A stretch of 64,000 nucleotides of DNA from Octopus vulgaris (GCA_951406725.2 OX597830.1:31372001-31436000); one strand, 5' to 3'; positions 44,572 through 56,956 are shown, numbered from the stretch's first letter. A program made the numbers and translations. Notes: generated by a model from the sequence alone, not told the origin.

Positions 44572-44995
44572 TACTCTCCAGAGTGAGAGATGATGATGAT
44601 GCTTCGATTTAGCGGTCAAACGTAAAAAAATCCTTTCTGCTAGAGAGAAATTATCGGCGCCGATTGTAAAAAGCTACTTCCAAAATTACGGTTCTCACAT
44701 CTCCTGGATAAATTGATTGAATAACTGCAATCGACGGCATCCTCACGCCGTCACTGTATCACGCTCACACACACAGACACACACACACGTACACACACAT
44801 ACACATATATACCTGCAAATACACACAAACACATACGATCTCTTTCTCACTTTCTCTCTCTCTCTCTCTCTCTCTCTTTCCTTCTTTCTCTCTCTTTCTT
44901 ACTCTATCTCTATACTTTTCTTTTATCTCACTCCCTCTGACTATATCTTCTAAACTCCTCACTCTCATTCACTTTCTCTGCTACTCACATTGTTG

Positions 44996-45032
<37 letters not shown>

Positions 45033-45560
45033 GCTTTCTCTTTCATGTTATCTTTCTCTCACCCCCTCTCTCTCTCTTTCTCTTTCATGTTATCTTTCTC
45101 TCAACGCCCCCTCTCTCTCTCTCTGTTTTGCTCTTTCTTTCTCACACTCCCACAACCATATCTAGTCACCTCCCTCTATCTCTCTCCTTCATTTTCTCTG
45201 CTACTTATATTGTTTCTCCCCCCTCTCTCTCACTCTCTATCCTTCTCTTTCACTTTCTCTGCTTCTCACGTAGTTTCTCTCTTTATCACACATACACACT
45301 CTCTCTCTCCCTCTCTGGCAACCTCTCTCTTTAGATCATTTCTATTTCTACCATACCCTTTTATGCTAGTTTCTTTTTCTTTTCCTTATTCTTTTTAAAT
45401 CTAGGATTCCTTGAAATCATTCCCTAAAAGTTCGTCTTCCACTCTACTATACATACATACATACATACATACATACATACATACACATTTAACTACTGTT
45501 AATTTATAAAGTATTTATAAAAGCCATATATTTCGTAAGTTAGTCTTATACTTTTTTGTA

Positions 45561-45636
<76 letters not shown>

Positions 45637-45924
45637 TCATCTATTGATCGATCAATTAATTGTCCGACTATTTATTTCCCTCTGCCTCTTCTCTCTGTCC
45701 CTGTCTCTCTGTATGTACATACATACATGCATACACACATTATACATACATTTTATATGTATATCTATATCTATATATATATATACATTGATATATACTT
45801 TTATATATGTGTGTGTGTGTGTTTCTACACACCTTTTAAACTGTTTCCACAGATATTTGTCTACATTTCTCAAGTTTTATCTGTTCCGTTATTCTATGGT
45901 CTATCTCTCACATTGTATATATAT

Positions 45925-46013
<89 letters not shown>

Positions 46014-46183
46014 TGTAGGTATGTGTATGTGTACGTGCATATGTGTGTGCGTGTATATATATATATATATATGAGTCACACACATATATATGCCCATAAC
46101 CACTTCTGAAGTTGTATTAATACGACGTTCGCACTTCATTTGTATATTACACCTGTCTATCTTTCTATCTATTTCTTACCATC

Positions 46184-46243
<60 letters not shown>

Positions 46244-46248
46244 TTATA

Positions 46249-46293
<45 letters not shown>

Positions 46294-46455
46294 TTATATA
46301 TATGTATATGATTATGTATATACCGTTTTAAATGCGTACATATATGCATGTTTTTATGTGTATAAATATATGTAAATGCACATCCTCCAACAGTTTCCAT
46401 ATTCTCAGATGCATAGAAGCGCGTGCCTGTACACACACACATGTCCATGTATATG

Positions 46456-46517
<62 letters not shown>

Positions 46518-46901
46518 GGAGCAGGAGTGGCTGTGTGGTAAGTAGCTTGCTAACCAACCACATGGTTCCGTGGTATCTCGGGCAAGTGTCTTTTGCTATA
46601 GCCTTGTGAGTAGATTTGGTAGACGGAAACTGAAAGAAGCCTGTCGTATATATGTATACATATATATATGTATGTGTGTGTGTGTTTGTGTATCTGTGTT
46701 TGTCCCCCTAGCATTGCTTGACAACCGATGCTGGCGTATTTACGTCACCGTCGCTTAGCGGTTCGGCAAAAGAGACCGATAGAATAAGTACTGGGCTTAC
46801 AAAGAATAAGTCCCGGGGTCGATTTGCTCGACTAAAAGGCGGTGCTACAGCATGGCCGCAGTCAAATGACTGAAGCAAGTAAAAGAGTAAAGAGTAAAGA
46901 G
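46518..46901 (+). mobile_element. SINE family B
   Basis: Homology to family B. Confidence 0.85.
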
Positions 46902-47679
46902 TATATATATATATGGTGCGTGAGTGTGTGTGTGAGAGAGAGAGAGAGGGAGAGAGTACAAATGCATTTGCATATATGCATGTATACTTATATACCTATA
47001 AGCATATATGCTTCTATACGTGAGTGTGTGTCTCTGTGTGTGTGTCTGTGTGTGTGTCTATGTGTGTGCATAAGGTTGTGTGATGGCCCAGCCTTTATTA
47101 CTCCCTTATTACATATATCAACGTTTTGCAACTTCCATTAGATTCTTACACCAACTTCTCCTCTTTCTCTTTCCCAATCTTTCTCTGTCTCCCTCTCTCT
47201 CTCACACACATGCGCCTCTATTTCTATCTTTCATCCCTCTCTCAATCCTACCTCTATTTCTCTCTCTTTTTTTTTCATATTTTTTTCCTCATGAAACGTT
47301 TTTTTTTTCATATTTTTTTTTTACCTTTTCATTTCAATGTATCTAACAAATACTTTCTCTTGTTTTATGTCATTAGACTGCGCCGCCCATGCAGCAGCAG
47401 CACCGGGTTAACGGTTTCTTATCAATCCCGGTCCGGTATTTATTTTAATGTGGTACAAATGTTTAACCGAATCACTATTTATAGAAATACCCCGAATCAG
47501 ACTTTTTTTTACGTAAAGGGACGCAACTCGAAATACCGGTGTACCGCGGTAAACACAAATACTGACACACACTCATAAACACACCTACACACACGCGCGT
47601 ATGTGTGTGCGTGTGTGTGAGACTGTATATAAATATACAAATTATTAATGTGTATATATATATATATGTACATATAGTT

Positions 47680-48130
47680 GTTCCTTTCCTCGTTTCCGTC
47701 ATTTGATTGTGGCCATGCTGGAGCACCGCCTTAAAGGGTTTTAGTGGAAGAACCCGACCCCAGGACTTATTCTTTGTATGCTTAGTGCTCCTTCTATCGG
47801 TCTCCTTTGCCGAACCTCTAAGTTACTGGGACATAAACACACCACCATCAGTTGTTAAGCGATGGCGTGGGACACACAAGCGCGCGCGCACAGACACGTG
47901 CACACACATACCTCACACATACACACACACGCACGCACGCGCACACACATACATACATATACACACACGATGGGCTTCTTTCATTTTCTGTCTACCAAAT
48001 TCACTCATAAGGCTTTGGCTGACCCGAGGTCATAGTAGGGGACAATTGCTCGAGGTGTCACGCAGTGGGACTGAACCCGGAACCACATGGTTGGCAAGCA
48101 AGCTTCTTATCACACAGCCTCGCCTGCGCC
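47680..48130 (-). mobile_element. SINE family B
   Basis: Homology to family B. Confidence 0.85.
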
Positions 48131-48273
48131 TACATACATATAGATATGTGTTTGTGTAGGAGTGTGCGTATATATATGTCTGTCTGTCTCTCTATCTCTA
48201 TCTATCTATAATATATAGATGTGCGTGCATATGTGTATATGTGTATATACGTATATATATATATATATATATA

Positions 48274-48642
48274 TCTATATATAAACGGCAGTTTGTCTGT
48301 CTGCGTGTCTGTGTGTCTGTTAGGTTGTACCCTCACCCTGACCACGGCTTTCAACCGATTCTGATGAAACTTGACACACACATAGCCCCATGTCATAATT
48401 CAAAACTAACGCAGCGAAAATTTTGAAAAGTTCCCCCAGTTCTGAAAAAAAATCGATAAATTCGACATGGGGTCGAGAATCAGAAACACAAACCACAGAC
48501 TGTCTAGGGGACGCAACTCGACCTTTTTAACTCTCAAAAAAATTTACCATCATTTTTTCCCCATTTTTTGGCTATAACTCTCTAAAAATGCTTTATAGTT
48601 ATTTCCCTTACAAACCCGAGCAACGCCGGGCGATACTGCTAG
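48274..48642 (+). mobile_element. Non-autonomous Helitron
   Basis: 5' TCTATATATAAA, subterminal hairpin CCCG-AGCAACGC-CGGG (48615-48630), 3' CTAG, inserted between A and T within (TA)n. Confidence 0.85.
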
Positions 48643-48690
48643 TATATATATATATATATCAAATAAGCAATTAAGGATATCCAGAGGTAA

Positions 48691-48782
48691 TGCAGCACGA
48701 TCGTTTCATGCAACTCCATTTAATTGAACAATGTAATTATTTTATTACATCAATTTAAAATGTAGAGCAATCTTCAGCTGCA
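48691..48782 (-). ncRNA. Type I hammerhead motif, long stem II, GUG at the cleavage triplet (probably inactive copy)
   Basis: Reverse complement: TGCAG-CTGAAGA-TTGC...GCAT-GAAAC-GATC-GTG-CTGCA. 5-bp stem I, palindromic stem III ACGATCGT. Confidence 0.75.
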
Positions 48783-48889
48783 CAAAGACAGAATTTAATT
48801 AAATTAGAACAGATGGACGTATTAGTATAATTTTACCTAAAATCTCCAAGAAATTAAGGAGATAGACAAAGAACATGTTGTACCAACAA

Positions 48890-48950
<61 letters not shown>

Positions 48951-49852
48951 ACCTTAGAGAAGAAGAAGGAACGAAATGAAACGATTCGAATCGACGCGAG
49001 GGCGCTCAGTCATACAATAGTGTAATAAATGAAATATATGCATACATACAAACATATATGTACGTACCTACATCTACATGTATATATACATGCATATATA
49101 AATATATATACGTGTACACATACACACATATATTGCATACATATGTATATGGACACGGGTATACTTTTATTCACTGATACTAAGTCATAGAATCAACAGA
49201 ATACCTTGAAGGGATTGTCCCAGCACGAACTATATAATTTCAAATATTTATTTATCAACCTTATGAATAATATGAAATATCTGAATCCTCTCTCTGTAAT
49301 ATCCCATTTTCATGTCATAGTTCTGAACGTGACACAAAAAATAAGTAGACAGGTAAGTAGGTAGGCAGGTGGGTACGATTGTATTCTCCCGAAATTGCTG
49401 GCCTTGTGCAAAAATTTGAAACCAATATTCTTTACTTCTCGTCAGAAAGTGGAAAATAATTGATAACAACTCTCAAGGAAAAAAATTATTGACAACTATA
49501 TAACAAAGAATATAGTTTGCAAAGGTATTGTGTCCTAAATCTGTAAATTCGGGACTACAAATTATTATTATTACACCATCTAAAGATTCAAATATTAAAA
49601 ATAAAAGAAGAAAAAACATTTACAATTTTGAAAGAAATTACATATTTCATTGTTTTGTACAAACTTTCAGCCACCATACATTGTTCTACAGTAATCATAG
49701 AAATATCATAGGTACTGATTGTATGTAAGTATATATGTGTGTGTGTTGTGTATATAAATATACATACACGTACATATGTATCTATATATATATATATAGA
49801 GAGAGAGAGAGGCATACATTTACATATATACGTATAATATGATTATAAGCCT

Positions 49853-50096
49853 GTGCACACCTTTCAATGCAATGTATGCCAGAAGGTTTGCAAATCTAAT
49901 GGAGGCCTCAAAAGACATTATAAGATCCACAGAGATCAGAACTTATCTGCAGCTCTTGGCGGTCCAAATCGGATATGCAATCTATGTGGGTGTCTTTTCA
50001 AAACATTGTCTGGTTTAAAAAGCCACATCAGATACCATGATGGTTCTAAGGTGTAGGTACAGGAGGTGGTCAATCTGCATAAAGAGTGGACAACCA

Positions 50097-50100
<4 letters not shown>
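49853..50100 (+). mobile_element. RTE-type LINE extreme 3' end encoding two C2H2 fingers
   Basis: FQCNVCQKVCKSNGGLKRHYKIH...CNLCGCLFKTLSGLKSHIRYH then stop, ~40-nt UTR and (CA)n tail; GLxSH-type finger without TGEKP linker. Confidence 0.6.
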
Positions 50101-50138
<38 letters not shown>

Positions 50139-50148
50139 ACACACACAC

Positions 50149-50188
<40 letters not shown>

Positions 50189-50302
50189 AAAGCAATTAAG
50201 ATTCAAGTCAATTCTAATGAATTCACTTGAATGCGGTACTTAACTTAGATGCACCAGAAAACTATATGGTGTTAACCATACAATAATGTGGGGTGATTAT
50301 AA

Positions 50303-50463
50303 ACGAGAAAGAAGCAACAAGAATGGATTAGTTTTTAGTACAATTGTTTCATACAAAGACAGGCTTTATTTGCAACTTTTAATATTTGCAACTTTTAATA
50401 AAGCCTGTCTTTGTATGAAACAATTGTACTAAAAACTAATCCATTCTTGTTGCTTCTTTCTCG

Positions 50464-50464
<1 letters not shown>
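50303..50464. repeat. Perfect 68-bp inverted repeat with 26-nt spacer
   Basis: Arms 50303-50370 and 50397-50464; each contains the hammerhead 3' half GAAAC-AATT-GTA; spacer has a duplicated TGCAACTTTT. Confidence 0.95.
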
Positions 50465-50521
<57 letters not shown>

Positions 50522-51198
50522 CATGCACACGCACTCATACACTCCTCTGATTTCCTCTGATTTCTTTGCAGTTTCAAATAATAAAGTCCCAAGATCGGTC
50601 AATATGTTTCCAGACCATCATGATCACAACTTCAGTATGAATTTATGTTGGTGTGTATTGCAGCTCCTTCATAGTAGGCAGGGCCAATGCAATTGTTGTA
50701 GACAGAGCCTTGATTTAAATTTTTCACCGTTAGATTGTAATGTCATCAGCCGAGCGTTGTTTTAGCAACTGAATTTTATTTTTATTTATTTCCGTTTTAA
50801 CAAATGGTGCCTGTTATGAGTACTACCGTGAACATTAATTATGTATTTTTGTGGTTAATTCTGTCAAAATTTTCTCATCAACTAACGCTTCCTATCTAGT
50901 TTTGTTTAATATAGTGTAATAATGTACCGCAATCGGTTCTTGTTGTAAGTGCATATTGAGTTAGCAGAAGAACGTTGTACATGTATGACCAACAGAACTG
51001 TGGGAGTCATGAAATTTACAGTGTTCATAATTGCCATCGAATTTATAAATCAATTTTGTTGTTAGTAGCTTGTCCTCGGCTTTACACGTTTGTAGTTTGT
51101 TATTGATAAGAAGCTTTTTAATTTTATTACTTTATAAAACATCATTTGCATCAGCTTACAGGTCAGTGTAACACAATCTGTCTTCTGGTATACGAAAT

Positions 51199-51676
51199 GG
51201 ATCTTTTCGGTTTGAACGGCAGTTTTTAACATAATTTCTAGGTAACTAAAAATTTTTAAACTTCGTATACTGGTAGAATGTGTTTATAAAACATCTTTGT
51301 CTCTTGGCTTTATTGAGAAAATTCTATAGTTTGTAAGATATTTGTTGTTTTTTTTTCTTCAATTTCTGCAATTTCAACCAATCACTGACGTCTATTGAGG
51401 TAAAAAAAAAGCATTCTGTGCCGTATGAATATGTCCCTCGTTTAAGAAACAGATTGGGTTTATTTACATTTGTGAAGAAAAAAAAGATACCCTTCCCCCA
51501 CCCCTAACCCTAACCCTAACCAACCCTAACTAAACCCAACTAACCCTAACTAAACCTAATTAACCCTAACCCTAAAACAGATTGAAATACAATAGATCGA
51601 TACTAGGGTCATAATTATGGGTGACAATTTCATATGACACCGCTAGAAAAATCTGCCGTTCAAACCGAAAAGATCC
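51199..51676. mobile_element. Merlin-like MITE with internal telomere-type repeats
   Basis: Perfect 24-bp TIRs GGATCTTTTCGGTTTGAACGGCAG (51199-51222, 51653-51676) and 8-bp TSD TACGAAAT (51191-51198, 51677-51684). GG-starting TIR with 8-bp TSD fits Merlin; superfamily is less certain than the structure. Confidence 0.85.
51502..51575 (+). repeat. Degenerate (CCCTAA)n array inside the MITE
   Basis: CCCTAACCCTAACCCTAACC...AACCCTAACCCTAA. Confidence 0.9.
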
Positions 51677-52699
51677 TACGAAATTTTAGATAACTTGCTC
51701 ATCTATTCACTCGTTTGTATGCATTTGACTCTTATGATACATTTCATGTTTAGTCTGTGAATTGTTGATTAGTGCCAGAGCCATGTCTGGCGTATTTATT
51801 TTCATTGTATTTCGTCGTCTATTGTTTTATGGCTCATTCTGTTTGTTTGTTGTAATACTCATTGATAGTGATTGGTATTTCTTTTATTCTGTGGATTTTC
51901 TTATCTAACGACATTGTTCGTGGAAGAGAATCCTGATCAATTTATTTTGATAGTTGAATTGGTCGTTAATTTTTGAAGTGTATTCGTCATTATTTATAGT
52001 TACTAATATAGTGTTTGGTTACTCTAAGAAGCCATTTTAAGTAATGTACACAGATATCCAATAATAAGAGTACTCTCGTTACTCATTATAAGGCATAAAA
52101 AAGAAATATTAGTGTCCATATATCGGATTATTTGAACCAAAAATACGGTGTTACCAGGGTGTGTCCTTTAGAACCCACTTGTGCAGCTTTCTACCTAGTT
52201 ACAATAGAAATAAGCTCCGTAATAAAATTCAAAATCCTGAACAATATATGCACATACAAACAAACATAAATGCATACATACATACATACATACATACATA
52301 CGACAGACAAACACAGGCACATACAGACAGATACGTAGATAATTATTTTCCGTAACGGTTAACACGAAGCAAAAATAACTGTAAATAATAGCGTGTAAAT
52401 ATTGGGTACAAAAACCCTTTGGTTACGAAAAGTCAAAGGCTACTGTGGGGTTCGAACCGACGTCTTCTGTAAACATGGCAAACATATATATATATATATA
52501 TATTTGTGTGTATGTGTATGTATGTATGTATATATATATATATATAAGTATGTATGTATGTAAGTATGTATGTCTGTATGTATGTATGTATGTGTGTGTA
52601 AATACACATATACATATGTTTGCATGTGTATATGTATACACGCACACACACACACACACACGCATACACACACACACACACGCATACACACAAACACAT

Positions 52700-53040
52700 A
52701 CGACGGACCTCTTTCAGTTCCAGTCTACCAAATCCACTCACAAGGATTTGATCTGCCCGTTGCTATAGTAGAAGACACTTGCCCAAGGTGCCACGCAGTG
52801 GGACTGAACACGGAACCATGTGGTTCGAAAACGAACTTCTGCACGCCTGCACCTATATTCTTTCATTCTTTTACTTGTTTCTGTCAATTTGATAGCGCGC
52901 CAAGCTGGAGCACCGCCTTTAGTCGAACAAATCGACCCAAGACTTATTCTTTGTATGCCTATTATTTATTCTATCGGTCTTTCTTGCCGAACCGCTAGTT
53001 TACGGGGACGTAAACACACCAGCGTCGGTTCTCAAGCGAT
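52700..53040 (-). mobile_element. SINE family B, 5' half of one copy joined to 3' half of another
   Basis: Homology to family B. Confidence 0.8.
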
Positions 53041-53070
53041 GCACAGATACATACGTACATAACACGTGTG

Positions 53071-53178
<108 letters not shown>

Positions 53179-53418
53179 TTTAAAACTATTAGCCAAATAT
53201 GTATAATAACTGTGCTTATTAATATTAATATATACACTGATATATATTTTGTTTTATTTTGTTTTGTTTACCTTGCATTATTGTACCAATGAGTATTATA
53301 TTATATAAGTGTAGCATTATAAAGTTTATGCATAAGTTTTTATATTTTACATTTTTATATTTTTATATTTATATGTATATGGAAAAATAATCTTTTTCAC
53401 AATTATAACAAATTTAAT

Positions 53419-53528
53419 TCTCTGAAGAGGCCGTGGGGCATCCTTGTTAATGCCTCATTTATACCTGCCTTTATGGCTTATAGGTTAAATGAGGTATGAC
53501 TGCCCTCGCTGCCGAAACAGCTGTCAGA
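53419..53528 (+). ncRNA. Type I hammerhead ribozyme with long stem II
   Basis: TCT-CTGAAGA(53422)-GGC...GCC-GAAAC(53514)-AGCT-GTC-AGA. Canonical core, stem II closes GGC/GCC and extends (ATGCCTCATTTA/TAAATGAGGTAT), palindromic stem III ACAGCTGT, GUC site, short stem I TCT/AGA. Confidence 0.85.
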
Positions 53529-53709
53529 TATGATTTAATTACATATTATATTTGAAATTTTATACTTATATCTCTTTGTCTATTTACATTTACTGTATAT
53601 TTTGTATATTGCCTTTACTGATATGTAATGGTGTAATAAAGTAATGTTTGGGTATCATCTGATAGTTGATGTTTTATTGATTTAAGTATGTTTCTCCATT
53701 TTCTAATTT

Positions 53710-53761
<52 letters not shown>

Positions 53762-53925
53762 AGATGGGCTTCTTTCAGCTTTCGTCTACCAAATGCACTC
53801 ACAAAGCTTTGTTCAGACCAAGGCTATAGTAGGAGATACTTGCCGAAGGTACCACGCAGTGGGACTGAACCCGGAACCATGTGGTTGGGAAGCATACTTC
53901 TTACCACACAACCATTCCTGTGCCT
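53762..53925 (-). mobile_element. SINE family B, 5' half
   Basis: Homology to family B. Confidence 0.8.
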
Positions 53926-54319
53926 ATTTAATGCAATTAGCTTTAAATTAAAAATATTTGATGCGAACTGACAGAGTCATGAGATTGCTAGGATAGAATT
54001 TCTCACGGTACTGGTCCTGCTTTTCATCTTTCCGAAGTCGAAGGTATCTCGAAAAAAAAAAAAAAAAAAAGGGCGGCGTAAACAAAGTATCATTGTGGCT
54101 TAACAGGTGCTAGTTTGGGTGAGGGGTAAGAACCTTGCTTCCCAACTACATGGTTCTGGGTTCAATCCCACTACGTGGCACCTTGGGCATTTGTGCATGT
54201 TAAGATTCTTTTAGGCGGTGCTCCAGCATGTCCGCAGTCTAATGCCTGAAGCAAGTAAAAGGATGAAAGAGTAAAAGATGAAAGACAATCAACGGCGAGT
54301 GATGGGAAAGAAATTGTGA

Positions 54320-55150
54320 TACACACACGTTCACACACACACGTACATGCACACACGTACATACGCACATGCACAGACACACATACACTCACGTACATAC
54401 ACCTACACACACACACGTACATACACACACATACATGAACACATACACACACATACACCCGCGTACAAACACGTACATACACACATACACACACGTACAT
54501 ACACACACGTACATACATACACATGCACACATACACACACACATACACACGTGCATATACACACATACACACACATACACACATGTACATACATACACAT
54601 ACATACATACACGCAAACGCATACACACACATACACACACGTACATACACATACACACATACATACACACATGTACACATACGTACATACAGACACAAAC
54701 ACACACGTACATAATACACACGCATACACATACACACACTTACATACACACGCGTACACACACGTACATGTACATACATACACACACACACACATACACA
54801 CACATGCATACACACATACACACATGTACATATATACACATACATACACGCAAACGCATACACACACATACACACACGTATATACACATACATACACACA
54901 CATACACACACATATATATGCACACACGTACACACACGTAGATACACACACACACAAACACACATGCATACACACATACACACATGTACATATATACACA
55001 TACATGCACGCAAACGCACACACACACACATACACGCACGTACATACACATACACACACACACACACATATATATACACACATACACACACGTACATACA
55101 CACACATACACACACGTATATACATACATACACTCGCACGCACATACACA
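54320..55150 (+). repeat. Cryptic CA/TA/CG alternating purine-pyrimidine satellite
   Basis: About 830 bp of ACAC/ATAC/ACGT variants; source of the 326- and 347-aa spurious ORFs. Confidence 0.9.
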
Positions 55151-55555
55151 AACCTGCATACGAACGTAGAGTGGGAAAAACGTGGGCTGTTTACTCACAC
55201 CATTCTTGTAGATGTGGCAAACCAGATTATCGTCCGGTTGTTTCTCATGTTTACAATTTTACTGTTAAATACCTGTGGCTTCTTTATTGTATTGTGGTGT
55301 TTTCTTCATCATTGTTTTGTTGTTGCTTTTCATGTGTATTGTTTCTTAACATTATTGTTACATTTTCATGTAACTCACACTAGAAAATGACGAGAATAAA
55401 TTAGCAACTTTCGTATATGTGTGTGTGTGTGTGTGTGTGTGTTTGTGTGTGTTATTTTTGAAGCTAAAATTTGCTCAGAATTTACGCGTATGATCGAGTT
55501 TCGTGTTTTACACTTCTTCAAACAAAAGTATGCGCTTTATGAAACGTCTGTTTAG

Positions 55556-55750
55556 ACCGCGTGTGTACCGTTGGCGATTTTTTTTCCTCTGTCTTCCCTT
55601 TTCTGGATCTTTTCTTCTCCTATGTTTCCGACGAAGAGCTCCGCTCGAAACGTTAAACACTCCTTCTTTCCTTCTTTCCTGAGCGTCCAATAATACTATG
55701 TTTGTTCCACGTCCTCGCGTTGTTGTGTTTTTTTTTGTGCTTTCTTAACT
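55556..55750 (+). mobile_element. Family C short element (sense orientation)
   Basis: Reverse-complement homolog of 34912-35118; followed by (TA)n. Confidence 0.75.
55623..55659 (+). ncRNA. Minimal hammerhead motif (U4C core variant)
   Basis: TGTTT-CCGACGA-A-GAGC tcc GCTC-GAAAC-GTT-AAACA. Stem I TGTTT/AAACA, loopless palindromic stem III AACGTT. Confidence 0.7.
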
Positions 55751-56446
55751 ATATATATATATTGATTCTTGGCGTATTAATACTTGACTTAGACATTTCG
55801 AGACTAATATTATACACATATGCTTCAAAAAAAGTAAGTCAAGTACAGAGCAGTAATAAGAAAAGGAGATGACAAAGGAATAAATATCTATTTTATGATT
55901 TTCATTACCTTACACCTGTTTCCGTTATAGGATGCAGTGAGGTCATAGTTGAATGCCTGCGTAACAACGTATAGCTTTATCGGAGCTATAAGTTTATGAA
56001 GTTCAAAATATAGTCGTTTATTCCTTGCCATCTCATTTTCTTATATTCTTGGCGTAGACAGAATACGCAGGGACATTCTGAAAAAATTAGCGTTAATTTT
56101 AACGCAATAGCTAAAACTTAAGTTTCAAACCTCTGAAATGTAGGGCTTTGATACAGCTGTAAAGTTTCTCGAAAGAGTATGGACTGCTTTGTAAGGCAGT
56201 ATGGAAGTATATGTTACGTACGCCATGCAACACATATATGCACACACACACACACACACACACATACACACACACTCTCACACACGCACACATGAACTCA
56301 CACAATATCAAATGAGTACCACGATCATACTTTTGCATACGCATATACATACATATACGCTTATATATATAAACACTTACCCATATATGCATGTACGCAT
56401 ACATGAGTATACACACGCACACGCTCATGCTCACGCACGCATATAT

Positions 56447-56483
<37 letters not shown>

Positions 56484-56904
56484 GGCGCAGGAGTGGCTGT
56501 TTGGTAAGTAGCTTTCTTACCAACCACATGGTTCCGGGTTCAGTCCCACTGCGTGGCATCTTGGGCAAGTGTCTTCTGCTATAGCCCCGGGCCGACCAAT
56601 GCCTTGTGAGTGGATTTGGTAGCCGGAAACTGAAAGAAGCCTGTCGTATATATGTATATATATATAAGTGTGTGTGAATATGTTTGTGTGTCTGTGTTTG
56701 TTCCCCTAGCATTGCTTGACAACCGATGCTGGTGTGTTTACGTCCCCGTCACTTAGCGGTTCGGCAAAAGAGACAGATAGAATAAGTACTGGGCTTACAA
56801 AGAATAAGTCCCGGGGTCGATTTGCTCGACTAAAGGCGGTGCTCCAGCATGGCCGCAGTCAAATGACTGAAACAAGTAAAAAGAGTAAAAAAGAGTAAAA
56901 AGAG

Positions 56905-56906
<2 letters not shown>
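56484..56906 (+). mobile_element. tRNA-derived SINE family B (CORE-like, octopus OR-type), full length
   Basis: A-box GTGGCTGTTTGGTAA, B-box GGTTCAGTCCC, CORE-like CTTGGGCAAGTGTCTT, internal TA/TG microsatellite, (AAAGAGT)n tail. Confidence 0.85.

Positions 56907-56956
<50 letters not shown>

Larger units (their letters stand above)
50700..52100 (-). pseudogene. Decayed Penelope-like element 3' region (third lineage), interrupted by a MITE
   Basis: Minus-strand translation YHKSQMHTNE*IDEQVI (~51690-51740) and TKLIYKFDGNYEHCK...VGHTCTT...LNMHLQ (~50940-51070); decayed CTGATGA...GAAA motif just downstream (50722-50749). Confidence 0.6.

Noticed and set aside
48361-48372. CTGATGAAAC as a hammerhead core
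   Set aside because: No stem II between core halves; it lies inside the Helitron's internal sequence.
49853-50056. Host C2H2 zinc-finger gene
   Set aside because: No TGEKP linker, GTG start, and short UTR plus simple-repeat tail; better explained as a LINE 3' end.
51502-51575. True telomere or chromosome-fusion scar
   Set aside because: Short, degenerate and enclosed by MITE TIRs and TSD.
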